Positions 9,052 through 18,404 are shown, counted from the stretch's first letter. The stretch: DNA of 64,000 bases from Bacillota bacterium (GCA_017397935.1 JAFQHN010000025.1:9014-73013); one strand, 5' to 3'. The notes: generated by a model not told the origin, from the sequence alone. Numbers and translations are program-made.

Positions 9052-9809
9052 TCCGTCACCTGCTTTCTCAGCATATTCACCAGCTGTTCACGCAGCTCAA
9101 TAATCTCGGGATGAGCCAAATCTTTGTGGGTGCGGGGATAGTCCATGGGTACAGGAATTTCCCGCAGAGTACGGATGGGCGTTTGCTCAACCACAAGTAC
9201 GCCGGAAGACAGAAAAAGCGCTTCTTCCACATCGTGGGTGATGAACAGGATGGTTTTTTTATGGCGCTGCCACAGTTTCAGAAGCCACTCCTGCATGGAG
9301 ATACGGGTCAGGAAGTCCAATGCAGAAAAAGGCTCATCCAACAGCAGCAAATCGCTGCCGGTGAGCATGGTGCGGGCAAAAGCCGCTCGCTGACGCATAC
9401 CTCCGGAGAGCTCGTCCGGGCGTTTGTCTATGCATCCGGCCAAACCCACATCCGCAAGTGCCGCGTCGATTAGTTCACGCTGTTCTGCTTTATTGTACTT
9501 GCGCTGAATCTCCAACGGCAGAGCCAGATTTTCGCCAATAGTTCTCCACGGGAACAGCATATCCTTTTGGGGCATATAGCCACAGTAATGTTTTTGCCCG
9601 GTAATATGGCGGCCGTTGACACAGACGGTGCCGGCCTTAGGTTGCAGCAGGCCGTTGATCAGACGAAAAATAGTGCTCTTGCCGCAGCCGCTGGTGCCGA
9701 TGATGCAGTGAAAAGAACCCGGTTCCACCGAAAAGGAGAGCCTGTCGATAATATCAACATCATCACCGGGATAGCGGTATGAAACATTGTCGAAGTTTAG
9801 AATACTCAT
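9048..9809 (-). CDS. thiZ: ABC transporter ATP-binding protein (ThiZ-like)
   Basis: Walker A GTSGCGKST and the LSGGMRQR signature; start refined to ATG 9809, which overlaps the tenA stop (ATGA). Confidence 0.85.
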   Translation of the reverse strand: MSILNFDNVSYRYPGDDVDIIDRLSFSVEPGSFHCIIGTSGCGKSTIFRLINGLLQPKAGTVCVNGRHITGQKHYCGYMPQKDMLFPWRTIGENLALPLEIQRKYNKAEQRELIDAALADVGLAGCIDKRPDELSGGMRQRAAFARTMLTGSDLLLLDEPFSALDFLTRISMQEWLLKLWQRHKKTILFITHDVEEALFLSSGVLVVEQTPIRTLREIPVPMDYPRTHKDLAHPEIIELREQLVNMLRKQVTE

Positions 9810-10471
9810 ATCCGCATTTCCCAGGACATATCCCAAAAGCCCAACTCATACCGGCTGCAATTTACAAAAATCTCTGTCAGATAGGCGATTTGCTCCTCGG
9901 CAGCATTCATCGTCAGGGAATCCAGCAATTCAATCAAAGCCTGATTGGTGGCGGAATATTCGGCAGAGGAATAACCCCTGATCCACTCGCCGTAGAAAGG
10001 GTGCTCCGCAGCACCGGGAATTGCTGCCAAAGCCTGACCGATCTCGGCATAGCTCCATGAGCAGGCGAGGATGGCGGCAACGATTTCCATGGGGCCTCCG
10101 GTATTGGCAACGGAGAGCATATAGTTGGTGTAGGATATATTATCGAGGGCGGGCTTTACTGTGAATACCTGTTCCTCGGTAATGCCAAGGCGTTTCATGT
10201 AAGCACGGTGGATATTCATTTCGCCGCCCAGAATAGCATCCACATTGGCGGCAAAGGTGCGCATCAGTTCGGGGTCCCGGGCCTTTACCACGCCCAGAGC
10301 AAACACGCGGGCATAGTCAAAGAGATAAAGATAATCTTGCAGCATGAAATACCGAAACTTATCGGCTGCAAGAGTTCCGTCACCGATGCCGGTGACAAAA
10401 GGATGTTGCAGGCAGGCCTGCCAAACGGAAGCTGCCGCATCACGAAGACGGTAAGATACAGAAGCTGTCAT
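9806..10471 (-). CDS. tenA: Thiaminase II / aminopyrimidine aminohydrolase TenA
   Basis: 221 aa; TenA/THI-4 family haem-oxygenase-like fold signature. Confidence 0.85.
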   Translation of the reverse strand: MTASVSYRLRDAAASVWQACLQHPFVTGIGDGTLAADKFRYFMLQDYLYLFDYARVFALGVVKARDPELMRTFAANVDAILGGEMNIHRAYMKRLGITEEQVFTVKPALDNISYTNYMLSVANTGGPMEIVAAILACSWSYAEIGQALAAIPGAAEHPFYGEWIRGYSSAEYSATNQALIELLDSLTMNAAEEQIAYLTEIFVNCSRYELGFWDMSWEMRI

Positions 10472-10472
10472 A

Positions 10473-11279
10473 TCACTCCGCCTCCTTCATGTAATCACTT
10501 TTCAGGTCAAAAAGGTGGTTCATGGGGCCGCGGCCACGGCCCAGATCCAGCATAGCCGCCAGTGCACCGGAGATATACTCTTTGGCCTGGCGTACAGCAT
10601 CTTCCAGTTCCAGCCCCTTGGCCAGATTGGAGGCGATGGCGCTGGATAGGGTGCAGCCGGTTCCGTGGGTGTTGGGGTTATCAATTCTGCGGCCGTTGAA
10701 CCAGTAGCCGACGCCGTCCTTCCACAGAAGATCGTTGGCATCGTTTAAGTCGTGTCCGCCCTTGCAAAGCACGGCACAATGGTACTGCTCGCTGATGATT
10801 TTGGCAGCGGTTTCCATGTCAGCAGGGGTCTTGATCTCCATATCGGCCAGAATCTCAGCCTCCTGAATGTTGGGGGTGACCACTTCTGCCAGGGGCAGCA
10901 GCTGCGTTTTCAGCGCTTCTACTGCGTTTTCCTGCAACAGACGGGAGCCGGAGGTGGCTACCATCACAGGGTCCACCACAATATGGCGGGCCTTATATTG
11001 GCGCAGCTTCGCGGCAATCACGCTGATGAGGTCTGCGGAGGATACCATGCCGATTTTGACCGCATCGGGGAAAATATCGGTGAATACGGCGTCCAACTGT
11101 GCAGAGAGAAATTCAGGGGTAGAATTCAAAATGTCTGTGACGCCGGTGGTATTTTGGGCAGTCAGGGCCGTGATGGCACTCATGGCGTATATGCCGTGAG
11201 CGGACATGGTCTTGATGTCTGCCTGGATACCGGCGCCTCCGCTGGAATCGGTTCCGGCGATTGATAATGCTGTTCTCAT
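10473..11279 (-). CDS. thiD: Hydroxymethylpyrimidine/phosphomethylpyrimidine kinase ThiD
   Basis: Start refined to MRTALSIAGTDSSGGAGIQAD (ATG at 11279) with RBS AAAGGAGAA; PfkB-family ThiD motifs. Confidence 0.9.
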   Translation of the reverse strand: MRTALSIAGTDSSGGAGIQADIKTMSAHGIYAMSAITALTAQNTTGVTDILNSTPEFLSAQLDAVFTDIFPDAVKIGMVSSADLISVIAAKLRQYKARHIVVDPVMVATSGSRLLQENAVEALKTQLLPLAEVVTPNIQEAEILADMEIKTPADMETAAKIISEQYHCAVLCKGGHDLNDANDLLWKDGVGYWFNGRRIDNPNTHGTGCTLSSAIASNLAKGLELEDAVRQAKEYISGALAAMLDLGRGRGPMNHLFDLKSDYMKEAE

Positions 11280-11393
11280 TGTTGTTCTCCTTTCATATTT
11301 CAGCACTATTTTTATATAGCGGCAGAAGGTGGTGCCCCCAATCTGTCGCTTGAAGCCCCCGACTGTTTGTGTCGGGGCAAACTTCCCAAATGA

Positions 11394-11423
11394 ATTTATA
11401 TGATAAAAGAATTTATCTGTCAA
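11394..11423 (-). promoter_or_regulatory. Promoter-like element TTGACA-17-TATAAA proximal to thiD, downstream of the riboswitch terminator
   Basis: Minus-strand TTGACA (forward 11418-11423) and TATAAA (forward 11395-11400) separated by 17 nt. Confidence 0.4.
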
Positions 11424-11454
11424 AATGTCTGTGCCTGCCGTGGCCGGCGGTAAA

Positions 11455-11492
11455 TACAAAAACGGAAGTCACCTGATTGGGGCAACTTCCGT
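11455..11492 (-). terminator. Expression-platform terminator of the TPP riboswitch
   Basis: Minus-strand ACGGAAGU...ACUUCCGU hairpin followed by UUUUUG, directly 3' of the aptamer. Confidence 0.65.
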
Positions 11493-11517
11493 AAAATGCG
11501 GCACAGAAAGTATAGCA

Positions 11518-11610
11518 CAGTCATCCCTACGTTGGCATTATCCAAATCAGGTTATCGGTCGAAGGTCACACCTTCCTCTCAGCCTGTAATACAAGCTCCC
11601 GTCCGTTAAG
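11518..11610 (-). promoter_or_regulatory. TPP (THI-box) riboswitch aptamer
   Basis: Minus-strand sequence GGCUGAGAGGAAGGUGUGACCUUCGACCGAUAACCUGAUUUGGAUAAUGCCAACGUAGGGA carries the CUGAGA and ACCUGAU...GGAUAAUGCCA.CGUAGGGA hallmarks of Rfam TPP; it sits upstream of the thiD-tenA-thiZXY operon. Confidence 0.85.
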
Positions 11611-11626
11611 TTTTATTTATGTTTGT

Positions 11627-11655
11627 ATTGTACGCCTGTTTGCCTCTGATTGCAA
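11627..11655 (-). promoter_or_regulatory. Promoter TTGCAA-17-TACAAT driving the TPP riboswitch and thi operon
   Basis: Minus-strand -35 (forward 11650-11655) and -10 (forward 11627-11632) with a 17-nt spacer, just upstream of the aptamer 5' end. Confidence 0.5.
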
Positions 11656-11700
11656 GAAGAATTTTTTTAATCATGCAAAAAGGGTAAACAGCCAAATAAA

Positions 11701-12528
11701 TTAAATCCTTGCAATCAGCTTGCCGAGCACAGGTTCAAATCGGGCGCCATAAGTGTGGGTCGTGTCTTTCTGGCTTTCCAGAATACACTCAACCACATAA
11801 TCTGCCGCAATCTGTGCCGCCTCATAAGCGGTTTTGCCGCGCAGCTTTGCGCCAACAAAAGCCGAAGCATAAATATCCCCCGTGCCGTGGACGCCGCCGG
11901 CGATTTGTTCATGCTCATAATACTGCTTCTCGCCGTTTTCGTACACAACTACGCCCGTGCGTCCCTTGGCATAAGAAACACCGGTGAGAATCACATTTTT
12001 CGCCCCCAGAGCGCACAGCTTGGCAATCAGCTCATCAATGTAGGTATGGTCATATTTGGTGCGGTAGTCCATGCCGGTCAGGAAGCAGGCCTCGGTGATA
12101 TTGGGCAGCAGATAATCCGCCCCGGCACAAAGCTTCTTCATCTCAGCAACAAAATCAAGGTCAAAGGCTGGGTACAGATTCCCGTTATCCGCCATGGCCG
12201 GGTCAATCACCACCAGGCAGCCATCGGCAGCCGTTTTGGCGATGATGTTTTGCACATACTCAATCTGCTTGGCGGAACCTAAATAGCCGGTGTAGATACC
12301 GTCAAAGGTCAGGCCTTCTTTCTGCCAATGGGCGCAGATATTGGGCATATCTTCTGTCAAATCGCGGAAGGTATAGCCGGTAAAGCCCATGGTATGGGTG
12401 GAGAGGACGGCCGACGGAAGCACGCTGGTCTCAATTCCGCAGGCGGAGATGATGGGCAGGGCAACGGTTAAGGAACATTGACCCACGCAGGAAATATCCT
12501 GAATGGTTAATACGCGTTTGTAATTCAT
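11701..12528 (-). CDS. pdxK: Pyridoxal/pyridoxine/pyridoxamine kinase (PdxK/HMP-kinase family, PfkB fold)
   Basis: Start refined to MNYKRVLTIQDISCVGQCSL (ATG at 12528; RBS AAGAGGTG); PdxK-type N-terminus and GTGD-like motifs. Confidence 0.8.
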   Translation of the reverse strand: MNYKRVLTIQDISCVGQCSLTVALPIISACGIETSVLPSAVLSTHTMGFTGYTFRDLTEDMPNICAHWQKEGLTFDGIYTGYLGSAKQIEYVQNIIAKTAADGCLVVIDPAMADNGNLYPAFDLDFVAEMKKLCAGADYLLPNITEACFLTGMDYRTKYDHTYIDELIAKLCALGAKNVILTGVSYAKGRTGVVVYENGEKQYYEHEQIAGGVHGTGDIYASAFVGAKLRGKTAYEAAQIAADYVVECILESQKDTTHTYGARFEPVLGKLIARI

Positions 12529-12660
12529 TATTAACACCTCTTTTTTGATAATCGTTTTTTGATAATCGTTTTATATGCCGTATTGCAATTTCATAAAATT
12601 TATTATACAATCTTTCTTATCATATTAAATAACCAGAATTGGATAAAATAATAAGGTCAG

Positions 12661-13740
12661 ATGAAATATATAATTGATAAGGCAAACGGTCCTGCCTACA
12701 TTCAGCTATACCATCAGCTCCGTGATGATATTGTCAACGGGGCGTTTGGCTACAACAGCAAGCTGCCGTCAAAACGCGTTCTGGCCGAGAACGCAGGGGT
12801 CAGCGCCATCACCGTTGAACATACCTATGCGCTTTTGTGCGATGAAGGCTATGCCGAATCCCGGGAGCGCAGCGGTTACTATGTCATCTTTCATGCAGAT
12901 GACGGCTTTGCTGCGCCAACCAACGCTATTGCAATACAACCTGCCGAGGCTCATACCTCGCCGTCACATCCGGATTTCCCGTTTTCGCTGTTATCCAGGA
13001 CGATGCGGCGTGTGCTGGCGGTTTATAAGGAGATACTGCTGGAAAAATCCCCCAATGCCGGGTGCATGGAGCTGCGAACAGCCTTAAAGCATTATCTTGC
13101 AAGAAACCGCGGCATATATGCGGATGTGGAGCAAATCATTATCGGCTCCGGCGCCGAATATCTCTACGGGCTGATTATCGAACTGCTTGGACGCAGCAGC
13201 ATTATTGCAATCGAATCACCGTCTTATAACAAGATTGAGCAGGTATATCAGGCCGCAGATGTCCTTTATGATGCGCTTCCGCTTACAAGCGAGGGGATTG
13301 ACAGCAGTGCATTGGCTGCCACCACCGCGAATGTGCTGCATACCACCCCATACCGCAGCTTCCCCAGCGGTGTTACCGCAACCGCCTCCAAGCGCTATGA
13401 ATATCTGCGCTGGGCGAGTGGGGGAGACCGATACATTATTGAGGATGATTTTGAATCAGAGTTTTCCATATCCACCAAGCCGATGGAAACCCTCTTTGCT
13501 CTTTCCAAGCAGGATAATGTGATTTATCTCAACACATTTTCCAAGACAATATCTCCGTCCATTCGTGTGGCATATATGGTTCTGCCGCCGAAACTTGCAG
13601 AGCTGTTTGATAAAAAACTCGGCTTTTATTCATGCACCGTTCCTACTTTTGAACAATACACCCTTACCGAGCTTATCAACAGCGGCGATTTTGAACGGCA
13701 TATCAACCGTGTGAGGAGGAATAAGCGCAAAGGGCGTTAA
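12661..13740 (+). pseudogene. MocR/PdxR-family GntR-aminotransferase fusion regulator, C-terminally truncated
   Basis: N-terminal wHTH plus an aminotransferase-like domain, but it ends at ...RHINRVRRNKRKGR after 359 aa; family members run about 450-480 aa, so roughly 100-120 aa are missing; the break sits next to an inserted cassette. Confidence 0.55.
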
Positions 13741-13777
13741 CCATTCACATAGCGTCTGAGATTGCCCCTAGAATAAA

Positions 13778-13824
13778 GAAAAACCTCTTTTGTCCATGTA
13801 GATAAAAGAGGTTCTTTTTGATGC
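13778..13824. repeat. Copy A of an approximately 47-nt imperfect direct repeat (terminator-like hairpin)
   Basis: gaaaaacctcttttgtccatgtagataaaagaggttctttttgatgc; roughly 85% identical to copy B at 15044-15090; forms a hairpin plus T-tract. Confidence 0.7.
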
Positions 13825-13851
13825 AAAAGTAGGGTATAACGGTGTAAATGC

Positions 13852-14091
13852 TTAATTATCAGTCTTTTCAATTTTGAACACATTGATGGTGTTTACATCG
13901 GGGCAGCAGAATCTGTCATCCGGAAGTTTGCCGCCATATCGCAATATGTCGATCATCGGGAACAGGACGTGAGCTGCCATCGGGCAAAGCTTTCCGCGCT
14001 CTGTGTCGAAATCAAAGCTATCTCCAACCTTATGTCCTCGGTGGCAGGGACATTCGCCCTTTTGCTCTACCAGTGTAATTTTGATTTTCAT
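13852..14091 (-). CDS. Small Cys/His-rich protein, TIGR04076-like
   Basis: 79 aa, MKIKITLVEQKGECPCHRGHKVGDSF...CCPD; low GC; overlaps the pdxK paralog stop. Confidence 0.45.
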   Translation of the reverse strand: MKIKITLVEQKGECPCHRGHKVGDSFDFDTERGKLCPMAAHVLFPMIDILRYGGKLPDDRFCCPDVNTINVFKIEKTDN

Positions 14092-14924
14092 AGTTTTCCC
14101 TCGCTGATGAATCTTTCAATATCGACGCCAAAGAACTTTTCTTCTTTGCTCAGATTGTCGAGGATGATTTCCCGAATAACCTTCATGGCGTGTTCTGTGG
14201 CAGCTTCCAAACTCTCACCGTTCAAAATATCGCTTATCAACACCGCAGAGAAAATATCTCCGGTTCCGGGAAAGCGCACATCTATCAATTCATAGGTTAG
14301 CAAAAAGGATTTATCTGTTGTGTGGTCATAGCCGATAACACAATTTTTACCCTCGACTGATGCGCTGGTAATGACAACGGATTTTGCTCCCAGACCGCGA
14401 ACGCTCTCTATCAGATCGGCTGCTTCCTGGGATGTCAGCGTTTCGCTTTTGCAAGAGCAGTTGACAAGGTAGCAGGCTTCGGTGTAGTTCGGTATCAGAA
14501 TATCCGCATAAGCACTCAACTCTCGCATAATTGCCACGTTCTGTTCCGTCATACCGTTATACAGCTTGCCTTCGTCACCCATAATCGGGTCAACGACAAC
14601 GAGAATATTATCCTTATCCTGGTTGTTGATAAGCCTTTCCACGATTTCAATTTGCTTCGGGTTTACCATAAATCCTGTGGAAATACAATCAAATGCAAAA
14701 CCGAGCTCGTGCCAGATGTCCACCGTTTTATCCATATATTCGGTGGTGTCCAATATATCGAATTTGCCGAAATCCAAGGTATTGGATACAAGGGCGGTAG
14801 GCAGCGATGCCACATCAATTCCTTTGGCGGAAAGAATCGGAATCATGGCTGACAAGGCAATCTTGCCAACGCCGGGCATATCGTTTACACAACAAATCTT
14901 TTTATTCAATTTATTATCAAGCAT
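14088..14924 (-). CDS. Second pyridoxal kinase paralog (PdxK family), lower GC
   Basis: 278 aa; PdxK-like N-terminus ...CCVNDMPGVGKIAL and a GTGD motif; GC clearly below the neighbouring genes. Confidence 0.8.
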   Translation of the reverse strand: MLDNKLNKKICCVNDMPGVGKIALSAMIPILSAKGIDVASLPTALVSNTLDFGKFDILDTTEYMDKTVDIWHELGFAFDCISTGFMVNPKQIEIVERLINNQDKDNILVVVDPIMGDEGKLYNGMTEQNVAIMRELSAYADILIPNYTEACYLVNCSCKSETLTSQEAADLIESVRGLGAKSVVITSASVEGKNCVIGYDHTTDKSFLLTYELIDVRFPGTGDIFSAVLISDILNGESLEAATEHAMKVIREIILDNLSKEEKFFGVDIERFISEGKL

Positions 14925-15043
14925 ATCGCATCTCCTTTTGGTTTAATAAACAAATCCCAATTTTCTGCACAGATGATAACACGAAAATATAAATTTTGCA
15001 ACCGCAGATGAAAAAATTCCCGAATGCGGTGGAGATAAAGCAA

Positions 15044-15090
15044 TAAAAAAACCTCTCTTGTCCGTGCAGACAAAAGAGGTTTTTGATGGC
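15044..15090. repeat. Copy B of the approximately 47-nt direct repeat, abutting the tRNA-Ser 3' end
   Basis: aaaaaaacctctcttgtccgtgcagacaaaagaggtttttgatggc; hairpin plus T-tract acts as the tRNA terminator. Confidence 0.7.
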
Positions 15091-15178
15091 GGAGTGGGCG
15101 GGATTCGAACCCGCGTGCCGCTCATCACGGCAACACGATTTCCAGTCGTGCTCGTTATGACCACTTCGATACCACTCC
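15087..15178 (-). tRNA. tRNA-Ser (anticodon GGA)
   Basis: Manual fold: acceptor GGAGTGG/CCACTCC, anticodon loop CUGGAAA, long variable arm, encoded CCA. Confidence 0.85.
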
Positions 15179-15280
15179 ATAGGCTGATTTAACAATCAGC
15201 TTTATTATTATATTACAAATAATTGTTTTTGACAAGACCTTTTTGCATATTTCTGTAAAAAATTTTCAGAAAATCACAAA

Positions 15281-15700
15281 TTATTTATTGTTTAGCGCCT
15301 CCAAAAGCAGCGGACGGCAATATTCAATCACATCTTTGCGGCGCACCAGGCCAATATAAATGCCGGAATCATCGACCACGGGGATAAAATTCTGTTCAAT
15401 AGTCTTTTTCAGCAATTCGCTTAATCCGGCCGAGATATTGACCGGTTCTACCTTGCGAGAAAGCGTAATGCTGTTTACCGGAATTTTCTCGGCATCGGCA
15501 AAGCGCATTTCGGGCGAATTTTTGAATACCCACAGGCAATCATCAATAAACAGGGTATAAAGATAATGACCGTCACTATCCAGCACCGGCATAGCGGTGT
15601 AATGGTGATATTCCATTTTCTCCAAGGCCTGCCGCAGAGTGAAATTCTCAATCAGATAAGAGCTTTCAGCTTTGGGAGTCAGAAAAAAAGCAAGCTGCAT
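15281..15700 (-). CDS. CBS-pair domain protein
   Basis: Start refined to MQLAFFLTPK (ATG at 15700; RBS AGAAAGGA); two CBS motifs. Confidence 0.65.
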   Translation of the reverse strand: MQLAFFLTPKAESSYLIENFTLRQALEKMEYHHYTAMPVLDSDGHYLYTLFIDDCLWVFKNSPEMRFADAEKIPVNSITLSRKVEPVNISAGLSELLKKTIEQNFIPVVDDSGIYIGLVRRKDVIEYCRPLLLEALNNK

Positions 15701-16028
15701 GATTTTGGTCCTTTCTGAATTTCGGCCACAAATTTGCCCGCACATCGGTTAAAATTCGGGCCACACACATCACATTGGTTGTTAAATTATATGTCGGCGG
15801 TTTGGCAAACATGATTTCGCCGCGCACACCGTGTTACATTATAACTCAAATTGTTTTGCTTGACAAGTCTGCAAATTATATACATAATATCAATCATTTT
15901 CTTTATTATATATCGTGAATGTGAACTCATCTTGAACCCATGTTTAGCTGCATTTGAATTTTCATCGGCTATTTATTTGGCGGCAAACTTATGTTATAAT
16001 TAAAAAAATATGAAGATGAGGTGCTTTT

Positions 16029-16784
16029 ATGCGTTTGATTTCTTGGAATGTTAACGGCCTAAGGGCCTGTATTACAAAGGGTTTTTATAATTTTGCCGCC
16101 GATATTGATGCCGATATTATCTCGGTGCAGGAGACGAAAATGCAGCCCGGTCAGGCTGCTGTGGATTTGCCCGGTTATCATCAGTTTTGGAACAGCGCCG
16201 AGCGCAAGGGTTACAGCGGTACGCTTACCTTTGCCCGTACCGAGCCGCTTGGCCACGCTTATAATCTGGGATTAGACCGCCACAATGACGAGGGCCGTGC
16301 GGTTACGCTGGAATTTGAGCGTTTTTATCTGGTTAATTTGTATGTGCCCAACGCACAGGATGGCCTGGCGCGTATCAACTACCGTATGGAATGGGAGGAC
16401 GATTTGCGGGCTTATGTGCAGGCATTGGATAAACAAAAACCGGTGATTATCTGCGGCGACCTTAATGTGGCGCATCAGGAGATAGACTTGAAGAACCCCA
16501 AAAGCAACCGCGGCAACGCCGGTTTCTCTGATGAGGAGCGCGGTAAGTTCAGCGAGCTGCTGGCGGCCGGTTTTGTGGATAGCTTTCGTTATCTGCACCC
16601 TGATGAGGAGGGTGCGTATTCCTGGTGGAGTTATCGTTTTAATGCCCGTGCCAAAAATGCGGGGTGGCGTATCGACTATTTTCTGGTGTCAGAGCGCTTG
16701 AAGGATGAAATCAAGGCGGCCTATATTCTGCCGCAGGTTATGGGCAGCGATCATTGTCCTGTTTGCCTGGAAATTTTTGATTAA
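16029..16784 (+). CDS. exoA: Exodeoxyribonuclease III (AP endonuclease)
   Basis: 251 aa; Xth/ExoIII motifs WNVNG, QETK and SDHCPV. Confidence 0.9.
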   Translation: MRLISWNVNGLRACITKGFYNFAADIDADIISVQETKMQPGQAAVDLPGYHQFWNSAERKGYSGTLTFARTEPLGHAYNLGLDRHNDEGRAVTLEFERFYLVNLYVPNAQDGLARINYRMEWEDDLRAYVQALDKQKPVIICGDLNVAHQEIDLKNPKSNRGNAGFSDEERGKFSELLAAGFVDSFRYLHPDEEGAYSWWSYRFNARAKNAGWRIDYFLVSERLKDEIKAAYILPQVMGSDHCPVCLEIFD

Positions 16785-16805
16785 AATTATAGAGGGTGAT
16801 ATTGT

Positions 16806-17183
16806 ATGGGATTTTGGTTTGCGATGCTGGCAGCCAGTTTATTGACTCCGGCTATTATGCTGCTGTTCGGCTGGATGTTTAAGAATAATCCGCCGCAGAA
16901 TATCAATGGGGTTTACGGCTATCGTACGGGTATGTCGATGAAAAACCGGGATACCTGGGATTTTGCCCACCGTTACTGCGGCACACTTTGGGTTAAGCTG
17001 GGATTTGTGTTGCTGCCGGCCTCTTTGGCGGCCATGCTGACGGTTTACGGCGGTACCGAGGATGAAATCGGTTCGCTGGTGGCGGCGGTGTGTTTGCTGC
17101 AAGTTGTGGCGCTGCTGTTTGCTGTGGTGAAAACCGAAAGAGCGTTAAAGCAGGTTTTTGATAAAAACGGTGTGCGGCGTTGA
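16806..17183 (+). CDS. SdpI/YhfL family membrane protein
   Basis: 125 aa; hydrophobic, SdpI/YhfL-like pattern. Confidence 0.6.
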   Translation: MGFWFAMLAASLLTPAIMLLFGWMFKNNPPQNINGVYGYRTGMSMKNRDTWDFAHRYCGTLWVKLGFVLLPASLAAMLTVYGGTEDEIGSLVAAVCLLQVVALLFAVVKTERALKQVFDKNGVRR

Positions 17184-17215
17184 GGCGTTGAGGTGCAAAT
17201 AAGGGAGGGCTGCCG

Positions 17216-17374
17216 ATGAAAAAAACAGCTTTTGTACTGGGGACTATCTTCACGCTGTTGACTTTTGCAGGCGCTGCTTATGTGCTTTATCATGGCGGCA
17301 GGGTGAGTGCAGGTTATGCGGTGGTGCCCTGTGCGCTGGCCACAGCCTATATGGCCTGGTTTCGGCAACAATAA
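17216..17374 (+). CDS. Small hydrophobic protein (52 aa, unlisted)
   Basis: MKKTAFVLGTIFTLLTFAGAAYVLYHGGRVSAGYAVVPCALATAYMAWFRQQ; strong RBS AAGGGAGGG 6-7 nt upstream. Confidence 0.4.
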   Translation: MKKTAFVLGTIFTLLTFAGAAYVLYHGGRVSAGYAVVPCALATAYMAWFRQQ

Positions 17375-17484
17375 ACTTTCAACAAAAATAAATTTCAATA
17401 AATAATAAATCTGGAAGATATAAATTAAGGCTCGGCGTAAAATCTGCCGGGCCTTTTTGCTGCATAAATAATATAAAAAAGTGC

Positions 17485-17516
17485 AAAAAAAACCGACGCG
17501 ACTTAAATCGCGTCGG
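17485..17516. terminator. Hairpin terminator next to tRNA-Thr
   Basis: ccgacgcga...tcgcgtcgg flanked by an A8 run (forward) / U run (minus). Confidence 0.6.
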
Positions 17517-17524
17517 TTACGGTG

Positions 17525-17600
<76 letters not shown>

Positions 17601-17798
17601 ACAACCGCCGTGATTAGTATTATATATTTTATTGGCTATAAAGTCAAGCTTTTTTTACAAAAATATCAAAAATTTTTCAAAATTATTTTTATGTGTCATA
17701 TTCAGGCAAATAATGCTTGGCTTTTGCTGCCAAAATGTATATACTATAAGGTAATTCAGCAAATAATTTAGCGAAAACAGAATTGGAGTGGAAATATT

Positions 17799-18260
17799 AT
17801 GCAGAAAATTGCCAGCTTTACGGTTAATCACGATGTTTTGCAGTGTGGTATGTATGTGTCGCGCATTGACGGTGATGTGGTGACTTATGATGTGCGAATG
17901 AAGACACCCAACGGCGGTGATTATCTGCCCTCGGCGGTCATGCACACTTTGGAACATTTGCTGGCCACCTACGCCCGCAATTCGGCCTGGGCAGGCAGCG
18001 TGATTTATGTGGGGCCTATGGGCTGCCGTACCGGCTTTTATTTGCTGCTGCGTGATGATGTAAGCCGCGCGGATGCCATTAAGCTGATGCAGGAGGCGCT
18101 GTCTTTTGCGGCTGATTTTGTCGGTGAAATCCCCGGTAACAGCCGGCAGGAGTGCGGCAATTATTTGGAACATGATTTGGCTGGTGCCCGTTTGGCTGCG
18201 GCAGAGATGCTGCCGGTGCTGGCGGATTGGACGCCGGAGAAGATGCACTACGCCGAGTAA
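17799..18260 (+). CDS. luxS: S-ribosylhomocysteine lyase LuxS
   Basis: 153 aa; HTLEHL metal-binding motif; RBS GGAGTGG. Confidence 0.95.
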   Translation: MQKIASFTVNHDVLQCGMYVSRIDGDVVTYDVRMKTPNGGDYLPSAVMHTLEHLLATYARNSAWAGSVIYVGPMGCRTGFYLLLRDDVSRADAIKLMQEALSFAADFVGEIPGNSRQECGNYLEHDLAGARLAAAEMLPVLADWTPEKMHYAE

Positions 18261-18404
18261 TCTCTTGGCATGACAACTTAATATCTGCAAAACAACCCCC
18301 TTTGGTGATGTGCGCCGCTGGCTGTAACCACGCCCAGACAAGCGCATATAATGTTATTAGGCATTGATGAGATGCCTCAACTAACAACCGAAGGGGGTTT
18401 ATAA

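Noticed and set aside
18260-18404. Sigma-K-type late mother-cell promoter upstream of the collagen-like gene (CATATAAT element at about 18345)
   Set aside because: I could not find a correctly spaced AC -35 element, and the -10 deviates from CATAnnnTA. It remains plausible biologically but the sequence does not support it.
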